Assembly: GCA_030167865.1 (NCBI GenBank)
Contig: JALAGF010005857.1
Span: 124,001-188,000, forward strand
Source: Craspedostauros australis
Taxonomy: Eukaryota
Length of the DNA stretch: 64,000 nt
Direction of reading: 5' to 3'
The position numbers and the translations under genes are program-made. Of this stretch, positions 49,760 to 61,019 are shown one piece after another. How positions within the stretch are numbered: position 1 is the first letter of the stretch; every line of letters starts with the position of its first letter. The notes under the pieces were generated by a model. The model did no database searches. It was not told the origin of the DNA and was given only the letters and a program-made list of their open reading frames with translations.

Positions 49760-52700
49760 TCACACAGAAGCTGTAATCATGGCGGCGGTGTCTTCCTCCG
49801 AGGATGCACCGGCATCATGCTCCTTCTGTTGGTTTCCTTCCTTCTTTGACGAATCCATCGGAGCGGCGGAGTTCATTTCCACGTCGGAAGATGGCGTTTT
49901 GGACACCTCTATCATCGTGTTGTCCTTGTCGGTGCTGCTGTTGTTCACCTCGCTTTCGCTTTCGTTTTTGTTGGAGGAGGAGGTTGCTGTGATTGGTGTC
50001 ACATCAGCAGCCTCCTTCTTCTTGACGCTGTCCGGACGACCACCACCATCACCAGTTTCCTCCTTGTCCTTCTTGTCTTCATTGTGCTTGTCTTCCTGCT
50101 TGGGAACTGTCGTGGTTTCCTGATGCAATCGATTCCACACGTTTGTGAAGAAGGCCTTCTGAGATCCTGTCTTCAACGCTGCCGTTTGTTGCTTGCGGAG
50201 TTTCTTCAATCTCGTCAGTTGGTCCTTGAGCTCCGGTGGAGCCGCCTTGCACTCGATCATGTGGGTGTGGACGGAGACGAAGTTGGATTCGACGGCGCTG
50301 ACGCTGGACCAGAAGAACTTGCGTCCATCCACCGTGCCGGCGCAGTGCTTGCATTCGACGCCGATGCAGCCGACGTCCTTCAAGCGACGCTTGTTCCTGT
50401 CCGCCTCCGTGAAACGGCACGGTTGCAACTGCGCCATGACGACGTAGAGGAACTCGGCGATGCGCGGCTTGTCCTCTGGCATCACCAAAGGCTTGTTCGT
50501 CGTCTTGACTTTGGATGCCACCTGCGCGAGGATGTCCAGCGAGAACGGCTTGGCCTCCGGTTGCTCCGGATCGCGGTTGAACCGGATGCCGGTGGGTGTG
50601 TCGACCAGGCCGATCTTCTTGGCGGAGGTGATCCAGTACTGACGAGTTGCCAGACCCTTTGAACCCTTGGAGCTGGCCTCCTGCAGCTGGATGAATCTTG
50701 CCCTCACCTCGGGCGGGGTTTGCTTGCACTCGTGCATGTGGAATCGCTGGATGTCGGCGACTGACTGGTAGATGCGCGTGACGGAGAATGGGAAGCACAC
50801 GGCGCGGTTGGTCCGCTGCTTGGGCGGAAGGTTGAGGCAGTGGACGCAGGCGATGCCGACCTGGCCGACGGTGACGGAGAAGCTGGTTGGAGTTCGGACG
50901 GCGATGTCTTCTTCGGTTGCCGTGAAGGCGCACACCTGCTGACGCAGGAAGCAACGCAGCGGGCTCAGCGACTGCTTGTCTTCGGGTTGGGATAGGCTGG
51001 CTTTGCCCATGAACATCTCTTGTGGTATGTTGCCTTCGCTGTCGCTGTCGGTTCCCGTGCCAGCCTTGGCTCCAGTGTCCTTGGTGGCGCCTGGTGATAG
51101 TGAGTCAATGCCGGTGGAGGCCATGGACGCGTTGCGGACCAGCGCCATGTCGGATGTGCTTCCTGCACGGTTTTTTGCTCGGCCGCTGGTGCTGGTGCTG
51201 CCGCTGCTTCCTGGGCTGTTGGTCACGGAAAGTGTTCGGGTGTTGGCGCCCGCACCTGCAGCACCTGGCGATGCCCCGGCAACCGGCTGCTCCTGGACGC
51301 TCACCTTGGAGATCACTCTGACGGGTTTGAAGACGCTGGTGCTCGTGCTGTTGATTTCGGAAGCGTTGCCGATGCTTCCATCCACCATGCGGACACCGGT
51401 CTTGCAATCCACCATGCCGATGCTGTTGGCGGCTCGGATGAAATACTGCATCGTGGTGCCCGTGCTGCGCGTGGTGTTCGCTCTCATGGCCTGCAGGGTA
51501 TCCTTGAGACTGTCGGGGACGAACTTGCACCGTGGCAGATGGTCCAGCTTCATGTCGATGACTGTCCTGTAGATCCTGCGGATGGAGGATGGGTAACACA
51601 CCGCACGCTTGACGCGTTCGCTTGCCTTCGTCGTGTGTCGGCAATGGACGCAGCGTAACCCAACCTGACCCACCTGGACGGGATGCTTCCGACCTGGTGC
51701 AGGTGCCTCCACGTCTTTCGTGGTGGCTGTGAACACCTCGATGTTCTCTCGAACCAAGCAGAGCGTTTCGCTGAGAGAGATGCGGTCTTCTGGCAGCGCA
51801 AGAAGCCTGTACTTCTCTGTCGGGATGGCCTTGATGCCCGGCGCTGCAGGATTCGATCCCTGTTGATGCGCCATTGACTGACTGCCTTGCGGTGGAAGTC
51901 TGGAACCGTTCACCGGAGCCAAACCTCGGAAGGGATGCGGCGGGGACGGCATGCTGGCGTGCGGACCACCGCCACCCAAGCCAAAGTCCTTTTGATGCGG
52001 CATGGATGGGAACGGTGAGCGTTGGAAGTGTTGTTGGTTAGCATTCGCAGGGTTGAAGCCGTACTCGACAGAATCGAAGGTGCCTTGTCGACGCATCTCG
52101 GCATCGTCGCGTGACTCGTACCAGGAGGGGAGATGCTGTGAGTTCCAGGGGTAATCACTAGGAGAATGGGGATTCCAGGAGTTCGACCGAGAGCCATTCC
52201 AACCCGCCATGCCACTTTCCGGCGACACGAAGCGCGACGATGGGGACGTGATGGACGGCGACTCTGGCCAGACCGTGTAGTTCGTCTCCCTGAACGATGG
52301 TGGTGAGTGATGCTGCTTGTCCCAGCTGTCGCTGTACGTTCTCCTGTGGAAGTGGGCGTACTGTCCATTTTCAGAAGCGGCGGCGGCGACCGGAGCAGTC
52401 TCAGTGGACATGGACATGTGACGATGCAAAAAGCTCTGTTGCTGCTGCTGCTGTTGTTGAGGAGGAGCGTGCATGTGATGGCGCGGGGGCATGCCACCAA
52501 CACCACCATTGCCGCCCCTCAATCCATCACGATTGGAAGAGCGGCTTGCGAGATTATGTTCCATGTTTGGGCCGGCCATGCCGCGCATCTGGCTGGGTCG
52601 ACCGACCTTGGTTCGCTTTGGTGGGATGAACTCGGATGGGATGCCTGGTTGGTACTCGTCGTCGGGCCTCGAGTGATGCCAGAAACTTCGCTTGAGCGGC

Positions 52701-54457
52701 TTTGATGCAGTCGATGAGGAGGAGGTTGACATGGTCCGGTGGAACTGCATGCGATCGTGCAAAACCCTTGGACTCGGCGGGACCCTATCAGGCCCAGCAG
52801 TCGGGTTCTGCTGGGTGATGCGTGGATCGGCGGTTGTCGTCGGGGCATGCTCGCTGATCGATGGCAGCTCACGGGCGGTGTGAGGGTACTGCTGCTGTTG
52901 CTGCTGTTGCTGGAGATACGAATTGACAGGTGCTTGCGCAGGAGGCTGAGGTGGCATCCCATGTGGATGGTACTGCACCTGCTGTCCTAGCGCTGGCGGC
53001 GTTTGCTGTTGGTACTGCTTCTGCTGAATCTGCTGCGGGATGGAAGGTGAGAGTGTGTGCTGGGCGGTGCCCGCTGTCTCTCCTGGTTGCGCTCCTGCGG
53101 CTGTTGTCCGTGGCGGTGGTGGTGACGGCGTTTGCGTTTGCGGTTGCTGGGCAGCAACGTTGTTTCCCGTCGGTTTACCAGTGGTTGTTGGAGATTGCGT
53201 GGATGCTGCTTCGGCTGAGGTGGCTGGTTGTGACACTCCTAGTGCCGCTTCTGGTGCGGGCGCGGGCGCAGGTGATGTGGTTGCAGTTGCATGATTCGGC
53301 TCCGCCGGCTGGTCTCGTGGGCGTGGGGGGAATTTCATGTCCTCTCTGCGGCCCCCACTGCGTGGATCCGACGAGGCTCCTCGGCAATCCCTCTCCTCAT
53401 CCATGCTGAAGGATGATGTGACGACTGATTGGATGGGAAGTTGAGGCCTCCCGTGAAGTCTGCGCTGGCTTGGAATCTCGGTGCTGGCTTTGCCGTGATG
53501 CTGGTGGGCATCATGGCGGTTGTGGGGATGCCCGAGGGAATGACCGTTCATATGGGGGTAAGTGTATTTTGGTGGTGGACGTGCGTAATGGGGATTGCCA
53601 AGATGTGATTGTCGCTCGTGCGCGTAGGGTGGACGGCGATCGTTGGGTGCGTACGATTGCTGAGGAAGAAGCTGTTGCCTGAACTGGCCACCGTATTGAT
53701 CATGCTGGCTGTAAGGTGGGTGATGCGCAACGGGACGATGTGGTGGCTGTGGCGACGATGGATACCTAGGAGAAGCAGAAGAGGTAGAAGAAGAGTACTG
53801 GTGGTAGCCCTGGGTTCCGCCCTGTTTTCCTCGGAGGTGGTGCCCGCCGCCTCCCATGGCGGGGTCATTGTTGATGTTGCTGTTGAATGCCTCTGGAGGG
53901 TATTCGTTATGACCCTCTCTTCCAAGGCCGCCCGTGATAGTTGGTGGACGATTGGCATACGGCATCTCAGGTGCTTGGTTGTGATGTGGCTGTGGCGGCG
54001 GCGCAAGTGTTTGTGTCTGCGGAGGTGCCTGAAGTTGTGATTGTGGCAGAGTAGGCGGCCTGGTTGGCTTCAAGCCGTATCCTCCCGCTGCAGGATGTCT
54101 TGGTCCTCGGTATGCTGCCGTAGGGTGCGGCATGTGCGTGGCATTCTTCATGACATGCGGGGACATCTGCTCGCCACTGTCGCGGTACGAAAGTGCCATT
54201 CCCATACCCAACGCGCTGCCGTATGGGTGGTGATATCCATGCATCTGCGGTGAATGCTTGGGCGATTGGAACGTCTCCCCTTCCGCTTGCTGTGCGGGCG
54301 CTGTTGTTGGCGAGGCCTGTTGGTTTGCGTTCATGCCTTCGCCGGGACTGACGTTGCCATGCCCTCCCGCGGCCGCCGTCATGGTCGGCGGTGGTTTCGG
54401 CGCTTGGGTCGGAGCTGGTGCGGCTGCTGTGATGCCTTCCATTGTCGTCGTCGTCAT
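49760..54457 (-). CDS. Hypothetical protein, 1565 aa: disordered P/Q/H-rich N-terminus plus three tandem Cys/His repeat domains
   Basis: 4.7-kb ORF containing three repeats of L..PED....S...C.....E.F.A..(Q)VG[LIV]xCxHC..[YF]P/W.S...H...C. Confidence 0.85.
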   Translation of the reverse strand: MTTTTMEGITAAAPAPTQAPKPPPTMTAAAGGHGNVSPGEGMNANQQASPTTAPAQQAEGETFQSPKHSPQMHGYHHPYGSALGMGMALSYRDSGEQMSPHVMKNATHMPHPTAAYRGPRHPAAGGYGLKPTRPPTLPQSQLQAPPQTQTLAPPPQPHHNQAPEMPYANRPPTITGGLGREGHNEYPPEAFNSNINNDPAMGGGGHHLRGKQGGTQGYHQYSSSTSSASPRYPSSPQPPHRPVAHHPPYSQHDQYGGQFRQQLLPQQSYAPNDRRPPYAHERQSHLGNPHYARPPPKYTYPHMNGHSLGHPHNRHDAHQHHGKASTEIPSQRRLHGRPQLPIQSVVTSSFSMDEERDCRGASSDPRSGGRREDMKFPPRPRDQPAEPNHATATTSPAPAPAPEAALGVSQPATSAEAASTQSPTTTGKPTGNNVAAQQPQTQTPSPPPPRTTAAGAQPGETAGTAQHTLSPSIPQQIQQKQYQQQTPPALGQQVQYHPHGMPPQPPAQAPVNSYLQQQQQQQQYPHTARELPSISEHAPTTTADPRITQQNPTAGPDRVPPSPRVLHDRMQFHRTMSTSSSSTASKPLKRSFWHHSRPDDEYQPGIPSEFIPPKRTKVGRPSQMRGMAGPNMEHNLASRSSNRDGLRGGNGGVGGMPPRHHMHAPPQQQQQQQQSFLHRHMSMSTETAPVAAAASENGQYAHFHRRTYSDSWDKQHHSPPSFRETNYTVWPESPSITSPSSRFVSPESGMAGWNGSRSNSWNPHSPSDYPWNSQHLPSWYESRDDAEMRRQGTFDSVEYGFNPANANQQHFQRSPFPSMPHQKDFGLGGGGPHASMPSPPHPFRGLAPVNGSRLPPQGSQSMAHQQGSNPAAPGIKAIPTEKYRLLALPEDRISLSETLCLVRENIEVFTATTKDVEAPAPGRKHPVQVGQVGLRCVHCRHTTKASERVKRAVCYPSSIRRIYRTVIDMKLDHLPRCKFVPDSLKDTLQAMRANTTRSTGTTMQYFIRAANSIGMVDCKTGVRMVDGSIGNASEINSTSTSVFKPVRVISKVSVQEQPVAGASPGAAGAGANTRTLSVTNSPGSSGSTSTSGRAKNRAGSTSDMALVRNASMASTGIDSLSPGATKDTGAKAGTGTDSDSEGNIPQEMFMGKASLSQPEDKQSLSPLRCFLRQQVCAFTATEEDIAVRTPTSFSVTVGQVGIACVHCLNLPPKQRTNRAVCFPFSVTRIYQSVADIQRFHMHECKQTPPEVRARFIQLQEASSKGSKGLATRQYWITSAKKIGLVDTPTGIRFNRDPEQPEAKPFSLDILAQVASKVKTTNKPLVMPEDKPRIAEFLYVVMAQLQPCRFTEADRNKRRLKDVGCIGVECKHCAGTVDGRKFFWSSVSAVESNFVSVHTHMIECKAAPPELKDQLTRLKKLRKQQTAALKTGSQKAFFTNVWNRLHQETTTVPKQEDKHNEDKKDKEETGDGGGRPDSVKKKEAADVTPITATSSSNKNESESEVNNSSTDKDNTMIEVSKTPSSDVEMNSAAPMDSSKKEGNQQKEHDAGASSEEDTAAMITASV

Positions 54458-54608
54458 TCCTGCGACTATGTCTTCTGCTGTTTGTCACCGAGAAAAGTCA
54501 GCAGTGCCGGAGCGGTTCGGTCAGCTGCGACGTCGGAGTAACTCGCTGGATTGTTGCGCTTGTTGCTTTGTCGTTGCTTTCTTTGTTTGGTTGCTTGATG
54601 ATGTTGAT

Positions 54609-54675
54609 GATGATGGTTCAATCGATGATGGTTCAATCGATGATGGTTCAATCGATGATGGTTCAATCGATGATG
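54609..54675. repeat. 15-bp tandem repeat, 4 perfect copies plus a partial copy (GATGATGGTTCAATC)
   Basis: Seen directly, about 150 nt upstream of the ATG of the 1565-aa gene. Confidence 0.93.
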
Positions 54676-56519
54676 TGGACAATGAGCAATTGGAAGAATC
54701 CACTCACAAGGTGGGTGAGGAGAGACGCCCAGCGTGCGGGTGATTTGTTGTTGTGCCAAACCAATCACTGGGAAGCAAGTTGTGAAGAAGGCGATGCTGC
54801 CAAAGTCGATTGTTGATGGCGACGAGGATGTCCTCGCGAAGAATCTGGCGACGGCTTCTTTTTATTCGTTGTCTCGTTTCTGGCATCGACGAGCACTGCC
54901 AAATCAACGATGTGTTCACAGAGTGGAGTACTCCAACAGTGCAGTGATCCACCCTCCGTGCGCAATCAACCAAAAACCTTATCGTGTGTTGAGAGCACCT
55001 CTGAAGTTTTCGTTGCGCCATGGCAATAGGTGAAGATGTGAGCGATGCGGCGAGTCCGCCGTTCACAGAGCACCTCCCTCAGAGTCCATACTGATTATTA
55101 ATTGTATTCATGCATTAATACAATTATCTACTTCTATTTAGAAGAGTTGGAGATTGGCGAATGCCAAGACGTGCGTTGAGCACGACCATGCCAACTCTGA
55201 ACACAATGGTGATCGTGTCTTGGAACGCAGCTGCCCCCAAGAATCTCGATCGTGTGTGTCGCGCCAGTGTCGCTTTGCGACGATCAAGACGAAGGCGATC
55301 GCACGGCGAGATGGCGAAGAATTCGCTCGTTCACTCCGCGTATTACCGTATTACCGTATTACCTGAGCGGAGCGAAGTGAAGCGACTGGATGATGCAACT
55401 GCGTGTTCTCTTCGCATGGCGTGCACAATACAATCCAACATCGGGACTTTGTCGAGCAGATGGTGCACCATGAGGATTTGGTCGCAAGTGCATGCGCTGT
55501 GCGAGCACCCCTCATCAATCTGCCACGCAGAGGGCGGCTCATTGGAGTGCTCTCTATGTGGAGAGAGAGAGAGAGAGTCCACTGCTCTGCTCTAATAGAG
55601 CATCTACATTTCGAGTATCGCACTCCACTGGTCTCTGGAGACGAGGAGATGGAGTGCTCTACCCTGCGACAATAGAATGTGTACGAAAACGCCGCAGAAC
55701 ATCATGTTATTATATATATGTTCTTGTGCGGCACCGTGCTTAGATCGGACGACGTATCGGCATTGGATGATCTGCATCAATCGGACGGTGCAAGTTGGAT
55801 CAATGTGTCTTCTGGCTGGGAGGATAGATTGGGCAGGATGGGTTGGCTGCCACCATAGGTTTGGCCCGATCGCTGTCAGTGTAGTGTTGTTCTCTATTGC
55901 CAGCAACAAGTTGTCACTCGATGTTTGCTCCGCTTGTGGACGCTCATAGCGAACATCCTTGCAAAGTTCGACCAGTCACGTCGCACTCTAGTACAATCCT
56001 CTTCTCTACACAACATTCCTCCTCTCCAATGGTGTTGCAAGTTTAGGGGCAGCCTCCATCCAATAGGAATGGGACTCTTGCGCATTGCGATAAAAGGAGT
56101 GCTACATCAGCATCTCGTAAGTCCCTTAGCAGATTGTCTCCAGGTGAACAGAGGTCCGAAGATTAAGGCAGGGGAGGGGGCAAGATCACCAAACTTTTCA
56201 GGCACACTCCTCTCCCCGCAAAGCAGTGGCAAGGATGCAGAAGTACCGGTGTTGTTATTGATGATGCCATATCTGACTAGCGCAAGAGACTGGAAATGAA
56301 GCATACATAGTAGATTACTCCACTGGACTTGAATTTCGAGACGTCGATTGTATGCACAAGAACATGTTGAAGTTGCATGATCACCACATTCGCAGAACAC
56401 AGTACTCCACGATGGTTGAATTGGCTGGAAAAGAATAGGAGAGTTCGGCACAGAGCAGTGCAAGCCACTACAGGGGAGGGTAAGTAGAACACTCTCCAGG
56501 CAGAGCATATCCATACATG

Positions 56520-56520
<1 letters not shown>

Positions 56521-56568
<48 letters not shown>

Positions 56569-56574
56569 CGAGAG
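56521..56574. repeat. Compound microsatellite (CT)9(AT)8(AG)7 forming a 44-bp perfect palindrome
   Basis: 56525-56568 is its own reverse complement. Confidence 0.9.
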
Positions 56575-57330
56575 GCTGCAACATAACTATGTGGATGTTG
56601 AAGCAAACGAACAATGTTCCGACCGCCACACGCACGGCTCGGACTTGCCGAATTGTTCACGTCCAGCGAAAAAGTGAGCGGAGAAGCGTGGAGAACAAAA
56701 TAACGTCAAATAACACTCACATGAACCAGCCGATTCCAACATCAGGATTCAGCGAGCATCTTCCAAGCGGGCCATCCAATACATTGGCGTACTGTACTCG
56801 AAACACTCATGAATGAATACATATATTATTTTCTCAACGCTCACAAGTTGACACCGCATCTGCCGCCAACATCACACAACGCCAACCTCGCGATGCCATA
56901 CTTGCGCAACCGCATGAACCATACTCATGACGGTGCCGTGCCTGTAACCTCTTGTTGTTTTGGTTGTTGTCGTGGTTGGAACAAAAGGAACAGCTCGACA
57001 CGGACAGGGCAGAGAAGTTGGACAGTATCTGCATCGTCGTGACAGAGCATTGCGGTTCCGGTATTCCTACCAGAGCAGAGCAAAGTGGAGGAGAGCAGAG
57101 CACTTCGTAACGGTGCCGTTGGTTGAAGGAGCAACAGCACCGACAATTGCGACAACAGCGCATCGAACCACTTGCGATACTTATTCGTACACTCCTTTGC
57201 GTTGCCATCAATACGGAACGCCTCGTCGCCCATTCACACGCCTACATACAACGACTATATACTTGTGTGTCCATCGACGATCGACAACAGAAGTGGAACA
57301 AGAAGTGCAACAGGAAGACGAAGAATCACG

Positions 57331-60021
57331 ATGGCGGGAACGAAAGCGGAGGATGCCTCAGCGCAGCAGTCTACGTACGCAACGGTGCCGCTGACGAAGA
57401 GCAAGCCGAGGCTGCCGCGACGGAAGCTCATGCCGTCTTCTTGGTCATCCTCTGCCAAGCAGGACACGCAGACCAAGAGCAGCGGCAAGGTGGCACAGCA
57501 ACCCCAGAAGCAGGTGAAGCAGCAACCTCAGAAAGCACAGCAGCAATTGCAAACCCAGCCGCAACCGCAACCGCAACTGCAACGAGAGAGCGAAGCAACT
57601 ACGGAGGACCGAGAACAGAATGCGGAACAGCGCAACGAACATCAATCCATCGCGAACGGCGCAGATGGAGGGCGCGATGGAGGAGGCCAGCGGGAGTTGA
57701 ACACCGAATCCATCACATGTCCAACGGGTGAAGGGATGGAAGCTGATGCGTGGTACTCTGGCATGCTCAGCATGCTGAGTGTCGCGGACGGAAACTGCGG
57801 TCCCCTCAGCTCCGCCAACGCATCTAGTGGCGAAGAGGGCGGCGCCCAGGGTTTCAACATCTGCGGGACCGCTCCCCGCGATTCATCCGGAATCCTCATC
57901 TCCACGAGCACATCCGCGAGGTCAGCAGCAAACAACACAGGCGTCCACAATGTCAGCGGAGTCAACGACACGACTACCGACATGATGGTGACGAACGGCA
58001 ACGCAAACGGCGATGACGAGGCCAGGTTCCAAGGCGACGACGACTCTGTCGACAGCGAGGACGTCTCCTCGTTGGGCAAGGGCTTGGGAGATGACTTGAA
58101 GTCGCTGCCGTCTGTACCTGGGACGATCCTCCCAGGCGAAGACGGATCAGTGGGATCACTCGACAATGTCTCCTTGCACACAGACAATCAGAAGGACCTG
58201 GTGACCCTGAGCAGCAGCAGCCGGAAGACGTTTGGCAACGGCCGGAAGCAGCGTGGTGGAGGCGACGGCGGTGGGAACAAGAAAGCGGAGACAGTGGAGT
58301 CCGTGGTGGAGAAGAAGATCAGCAACCTGAAATCGGAACGTCAAGGAAAGGACGACACCAAGACGGTCCCCTTCCTGCGTCGCAAGATGTTCCCCAAGAT
58401 CTCGGGAAGATCCCAGAATCAGTCTGGCGAGCTCACGGACGAGGAGAATGTGCTGGAGACCAGACGTCAGATGCTGGTCACAGAACTGCGTCAGACCATC
58501 GAGAAGCATGGTAGGTGGCACGTCAAGTGCGCCAACATCACAGCCGCGCTGGGTGATCTGTACGACGAGAACAGCGAGTACAAGCAGGCAACAAAGTTGC
58601 ACATGGACGCCATCTCGGTCTACAGCATCAAGCTTGGCGATGATCACCAATCCACTCTGGATGCGAAGATGCGACTTGCGCAGGTCTACGAGAACGCCAC
58701 CGAGTACGACGCGGCCATCGGTTGTCTGCACGGCATCATGTGCATGACGAAGGCCATGAAGGGCGACAAGGATCCTTCGGTGTCAGACGTCATGGCGAAG
58801 ATCGCCGCCATCCTGAAGAAGAAGGGCAAGTACGAGCTTGCCATCAAGACCCTGAAACGAGCGTTGAAGACGTACCGTGACATCCTGGGCGACTCGCACC
58901 CCAGCGTGTCCACCACGGTGGACTCCATCGCATCCCTCTACGTCACGATCGGCGACTTCACGAAGGCATCAGCGATCCTGGAAGAAGTGGTGAAGCTGAA
59001 GGCGGCGACGCTGGGCGTGGCCAGCAAGGAGGTGGCCGCCAGTCTGTGCGAGCTGGCGACGTGCTACGAGTGCGCGGAACAGTATGGCAAGGCGATGAAG
59101 AACCTGAAGAAGGCGTACAAGATCTACGCCGACATCAGCGGCGAGTCCGGCGAGAAGGCCATCCTGACCCTGGAACGAATAGCTCTGATCTACCAGGCCA
59201 CGGGACAGTTCAAGAAGGCCGCCATCGCCTACCTTGGTGTGCTGCGTGGTCGCAAACGTGCGCTGGGTGACTCCCACCCCACCGTGGCCGACACCTACTT
59301 CCACCTCGGCGTGTCGCTGCGCGAGAGCTGCCAGCAGGAGAAGGCGTTGAAGTGCATGAAGCAGGCCCTCAACATCTACGTGGGCGAAGGCAAGGACATG
59401 CATGATGTGGAGATGATCGCGGAGGTGATGCACGAGCTGGCCATCATCCACCGTGCCAACAACAACATGAACGACGCCATCAAGACCTTCAAGCAGGAGA
59501 TCGCGGTGCGTCGCAAGCTGGGACAGCCGGAGTACCCGCTCATCGCGCAGACGCTGAACCATCTCGGGGTCGCCGAGTTCGACATCAAGAACTACAACCG
59601 GGCCCTGAACTACTTCATGGAGGCGCTGACGATCTACGAGAAGCGTGGCACGGAGGTCGGCATCGACTTCGCGGAGGTTCTGTACAACACGGGCCTGGTC
59701 TTCGAGGCCATCCGCAACAAGCCAAGAGCGTACGATGCCTTCCTCGAGGCCGCCAGGATCTTCACGGAGCACGGGTACGATCGTGATCACCCGCACCTGG
59801 CGAAGGCGGCGAAGAAGCTCCGCAAGCTTGGTCATTCGTGCAAGTGCGAAGGCACGTCCAAGTGCTCCGCCACGCCCTGCGTGACCCTGCTCGCCACCAC
59901 GGCGGGCAAGAGCAAGAAGATGAGCACCATGGGTGGCACCGCAAATGGTGCCGGTGGTGTGAGTGGCAGCGGCGTTGGCAATGGCAGCATGCACCGGCGT
60001 AGCAGCAGTGGAAGGAAGTGA
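57331..60021 (+). CDS. TPR-repeat protein of the kinesin-light-chain/nephrocystin-3-like type, 896 aa
   Basis: Disordered N-terminus followed by about 11 tandem 42-aa-type TPRs (LGDDHQST, LGDSHPSV, LGDSHPTVADTYFHLG, IAQTLNHLG). The start is taken at MAGTKAED (ATG 57331). Confidence 0.9.
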   Translation: MAGTKAEDASAQQSTYATVPLTKSKPRLPRRKLMPSSWSSSAKQDTQTKSSGKVAQQPQKQVKQQPQKAQQQLQTQPQPQPQLQRESEATTEDREQNAEQRNEHQSIANGADGGRDGGGQRELNTESITCPTGEGMEADAWYSGMLSMLSVADGNCGPLSSANASSGEEGGAQGFNICGTAPRDSSGILISTSTSARSAANNTGVHNVSGVNDTTTDMMVTNGNANGDDEARFQGDDDSVDSEDVSSLGKGLGDDLKSLPSVPGTILPGEDGSVGSLDNVSLHTDNQKDLVTLSSSSRKTFGNGRKQRGGGDGGGNKKAETVESVVEKKISNLKSERQGKDDTKTVPFLRRKMFPKISGRSQNQSGELTDEENVLETRRQMLVTELRQTIEKHGRWHVKCANITAALGDLYDENSEYKQATKLHMDAISVYSIKLGDDHQSTLDAKMRLAQVYENATEYDAAIGCLHGIMCMTKAMKGDKDPSVSDVMAKIAAILKKKGKYELAIKTLKRALKTYRDILGDSHPSVSTTVDSIASLYVTIGDFTKASAILEEVVKLKAATLGVASKEVAASLCELATCYECAEQYGKAMKNLKKAYKIYADISGESGEKAILTLERIALIYQATGQFKKAAIAYLGVLRGRKRALGDSHPTVADTYFHLGVSLRESCQQEKALKCMKQALNIYVGEGKDMHDVEMIAEVMHELAIIHRANNNMNDAIKTFKQEIAVRRKLGQPEYPLIAQTLNHLGVAEFDIKNYNRALNYFMEALTIYEKRGTEVGIDFAEVLYNTGLVFEAIRNKPRAYDAFLEAARIFTEHGYDRDHPHLAKAAKKLRKLGHSCKCEGTSKCSATPCVTLLATTAGKSKKMSTMGGTANGAGGVSGSGVGNGSMHRRSSSGRK

Positions 60022-60548
60022 GTTGAATCGGAGTGCAGCGGGATGGAGTGGGAGGAAGTGTAAGTGAGACTAAAGACTAAAATCATAAGACGGAGAGTAA
60101 GAATACAACATCTTCGAGTGAAAGTGATAGTCCTGGTGATAATACAGGGCACATGAAGGACATGAAGAGCCGTACGAATACTTCACAACGCGAGAGGCAC
60201 TCATGAGTGCGGCAGGTAGAAGTACTCTACGTACTCTACTTTGTGAACTATGGTATCTACCACTCTTCTCTCATGAGGGAAAAGGGAGAGCCTCTTGTCT
60301 GCAGATGATGATGCTTCGGACTCGCGGTGCTTCCTGCACGCGGCACTTGACCTCAGGCGAAACATTCGGAAAGTCAGGATACTATTAGGTTCTGCCCAGC
60401 GCCATTACATACTAATACTCGTACAACATCGAAACATTCGCAGCGATGGAAGCACTTCAAGCATGATCGCGTGGAGCACAGTCTCCAGAGAGGGAGAGAG
60501 AAAGAGTTGGATTGTCTTGTCGGGCTCTTTGTTTCTTCAGGTTTTAGT

Positions 60549-61019
60549 TTACTCGTCGTCGCTATCGCTGTCTTCGTCCTCTTCTCCTGCTCTGAAGACG
60601 GATCCGGCAATACGGTCAAGATCCTGCTGTCCAACGGTTGTCACTCGGCGTCCGCCGTCTGGGAGCGGTTCGACGACTCTCATCTCCTGCAGCTGAATGA
60701 GGACGGATCTGATAACACCAGAAGCGGACTTGCGGAAGTGGACGCATCGTGTTCCACGTCTGTATCCACCTCCGTACCATTTCTGGAGCATTCCGATTCC
60801 GATTCCAGGTCTCAAGTACACCTTGCGGGCGATAGAGGCGGCGCGGATGTAGTACCAGTCATCGCCGTATGGGGCAAGCTCCTTGAACACGCCGGTCTTC
60901 ACAGTGTCGGACCACACTGGCAATTCAAATTTGTCAGAGTTCTTCAAGTGCTCGGCATATGCCTCGATGAAGTCAGCCGCCGCGACATCACGGACGCAAA
61001 TTCCACGTTCTTCAGACAT
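60549..61019 (-). CDS. RPS19: 40S ribosomal protein S19 (eS19), 156 aa
   Basis: VRDVAAADFIEAYAEHLK, VKTGVFKELAPY, DWYYIRAASIARKVYL, GQQDLDRIA. Confidence 0.98.
   Translation of the reverse strand: MSEERGICVRDVAAADFIEAYAEHLKNSDKFELPVWSDTVKTGVFKELAPYGDDWYYIRAASIARKVYLRPGIGIGMLQKWYGGGYRRGTRCVHFRKSASGVIRSVLIQLQEMRVVEPLPDGGRRVTTVGQQDLDRIAGSVFRAGEEDEDSDSDDE

Noticed and set aside
54609..54675. Tandem repeats as CRISPR-like arrays (also 40858-40980)
   Set aside because: No unique spacers, no cas genes, and a eukaryotic context.
55000..57300. Long intergenic region as a possible transposon relic or ncRNA (for example TGATGA..CTGA near 56260-56276)
   Set aside because: No transposase or reverse transcriptase motifs and no terminal repeats. 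The C/D-like boxes are too close together for a snoRNA.
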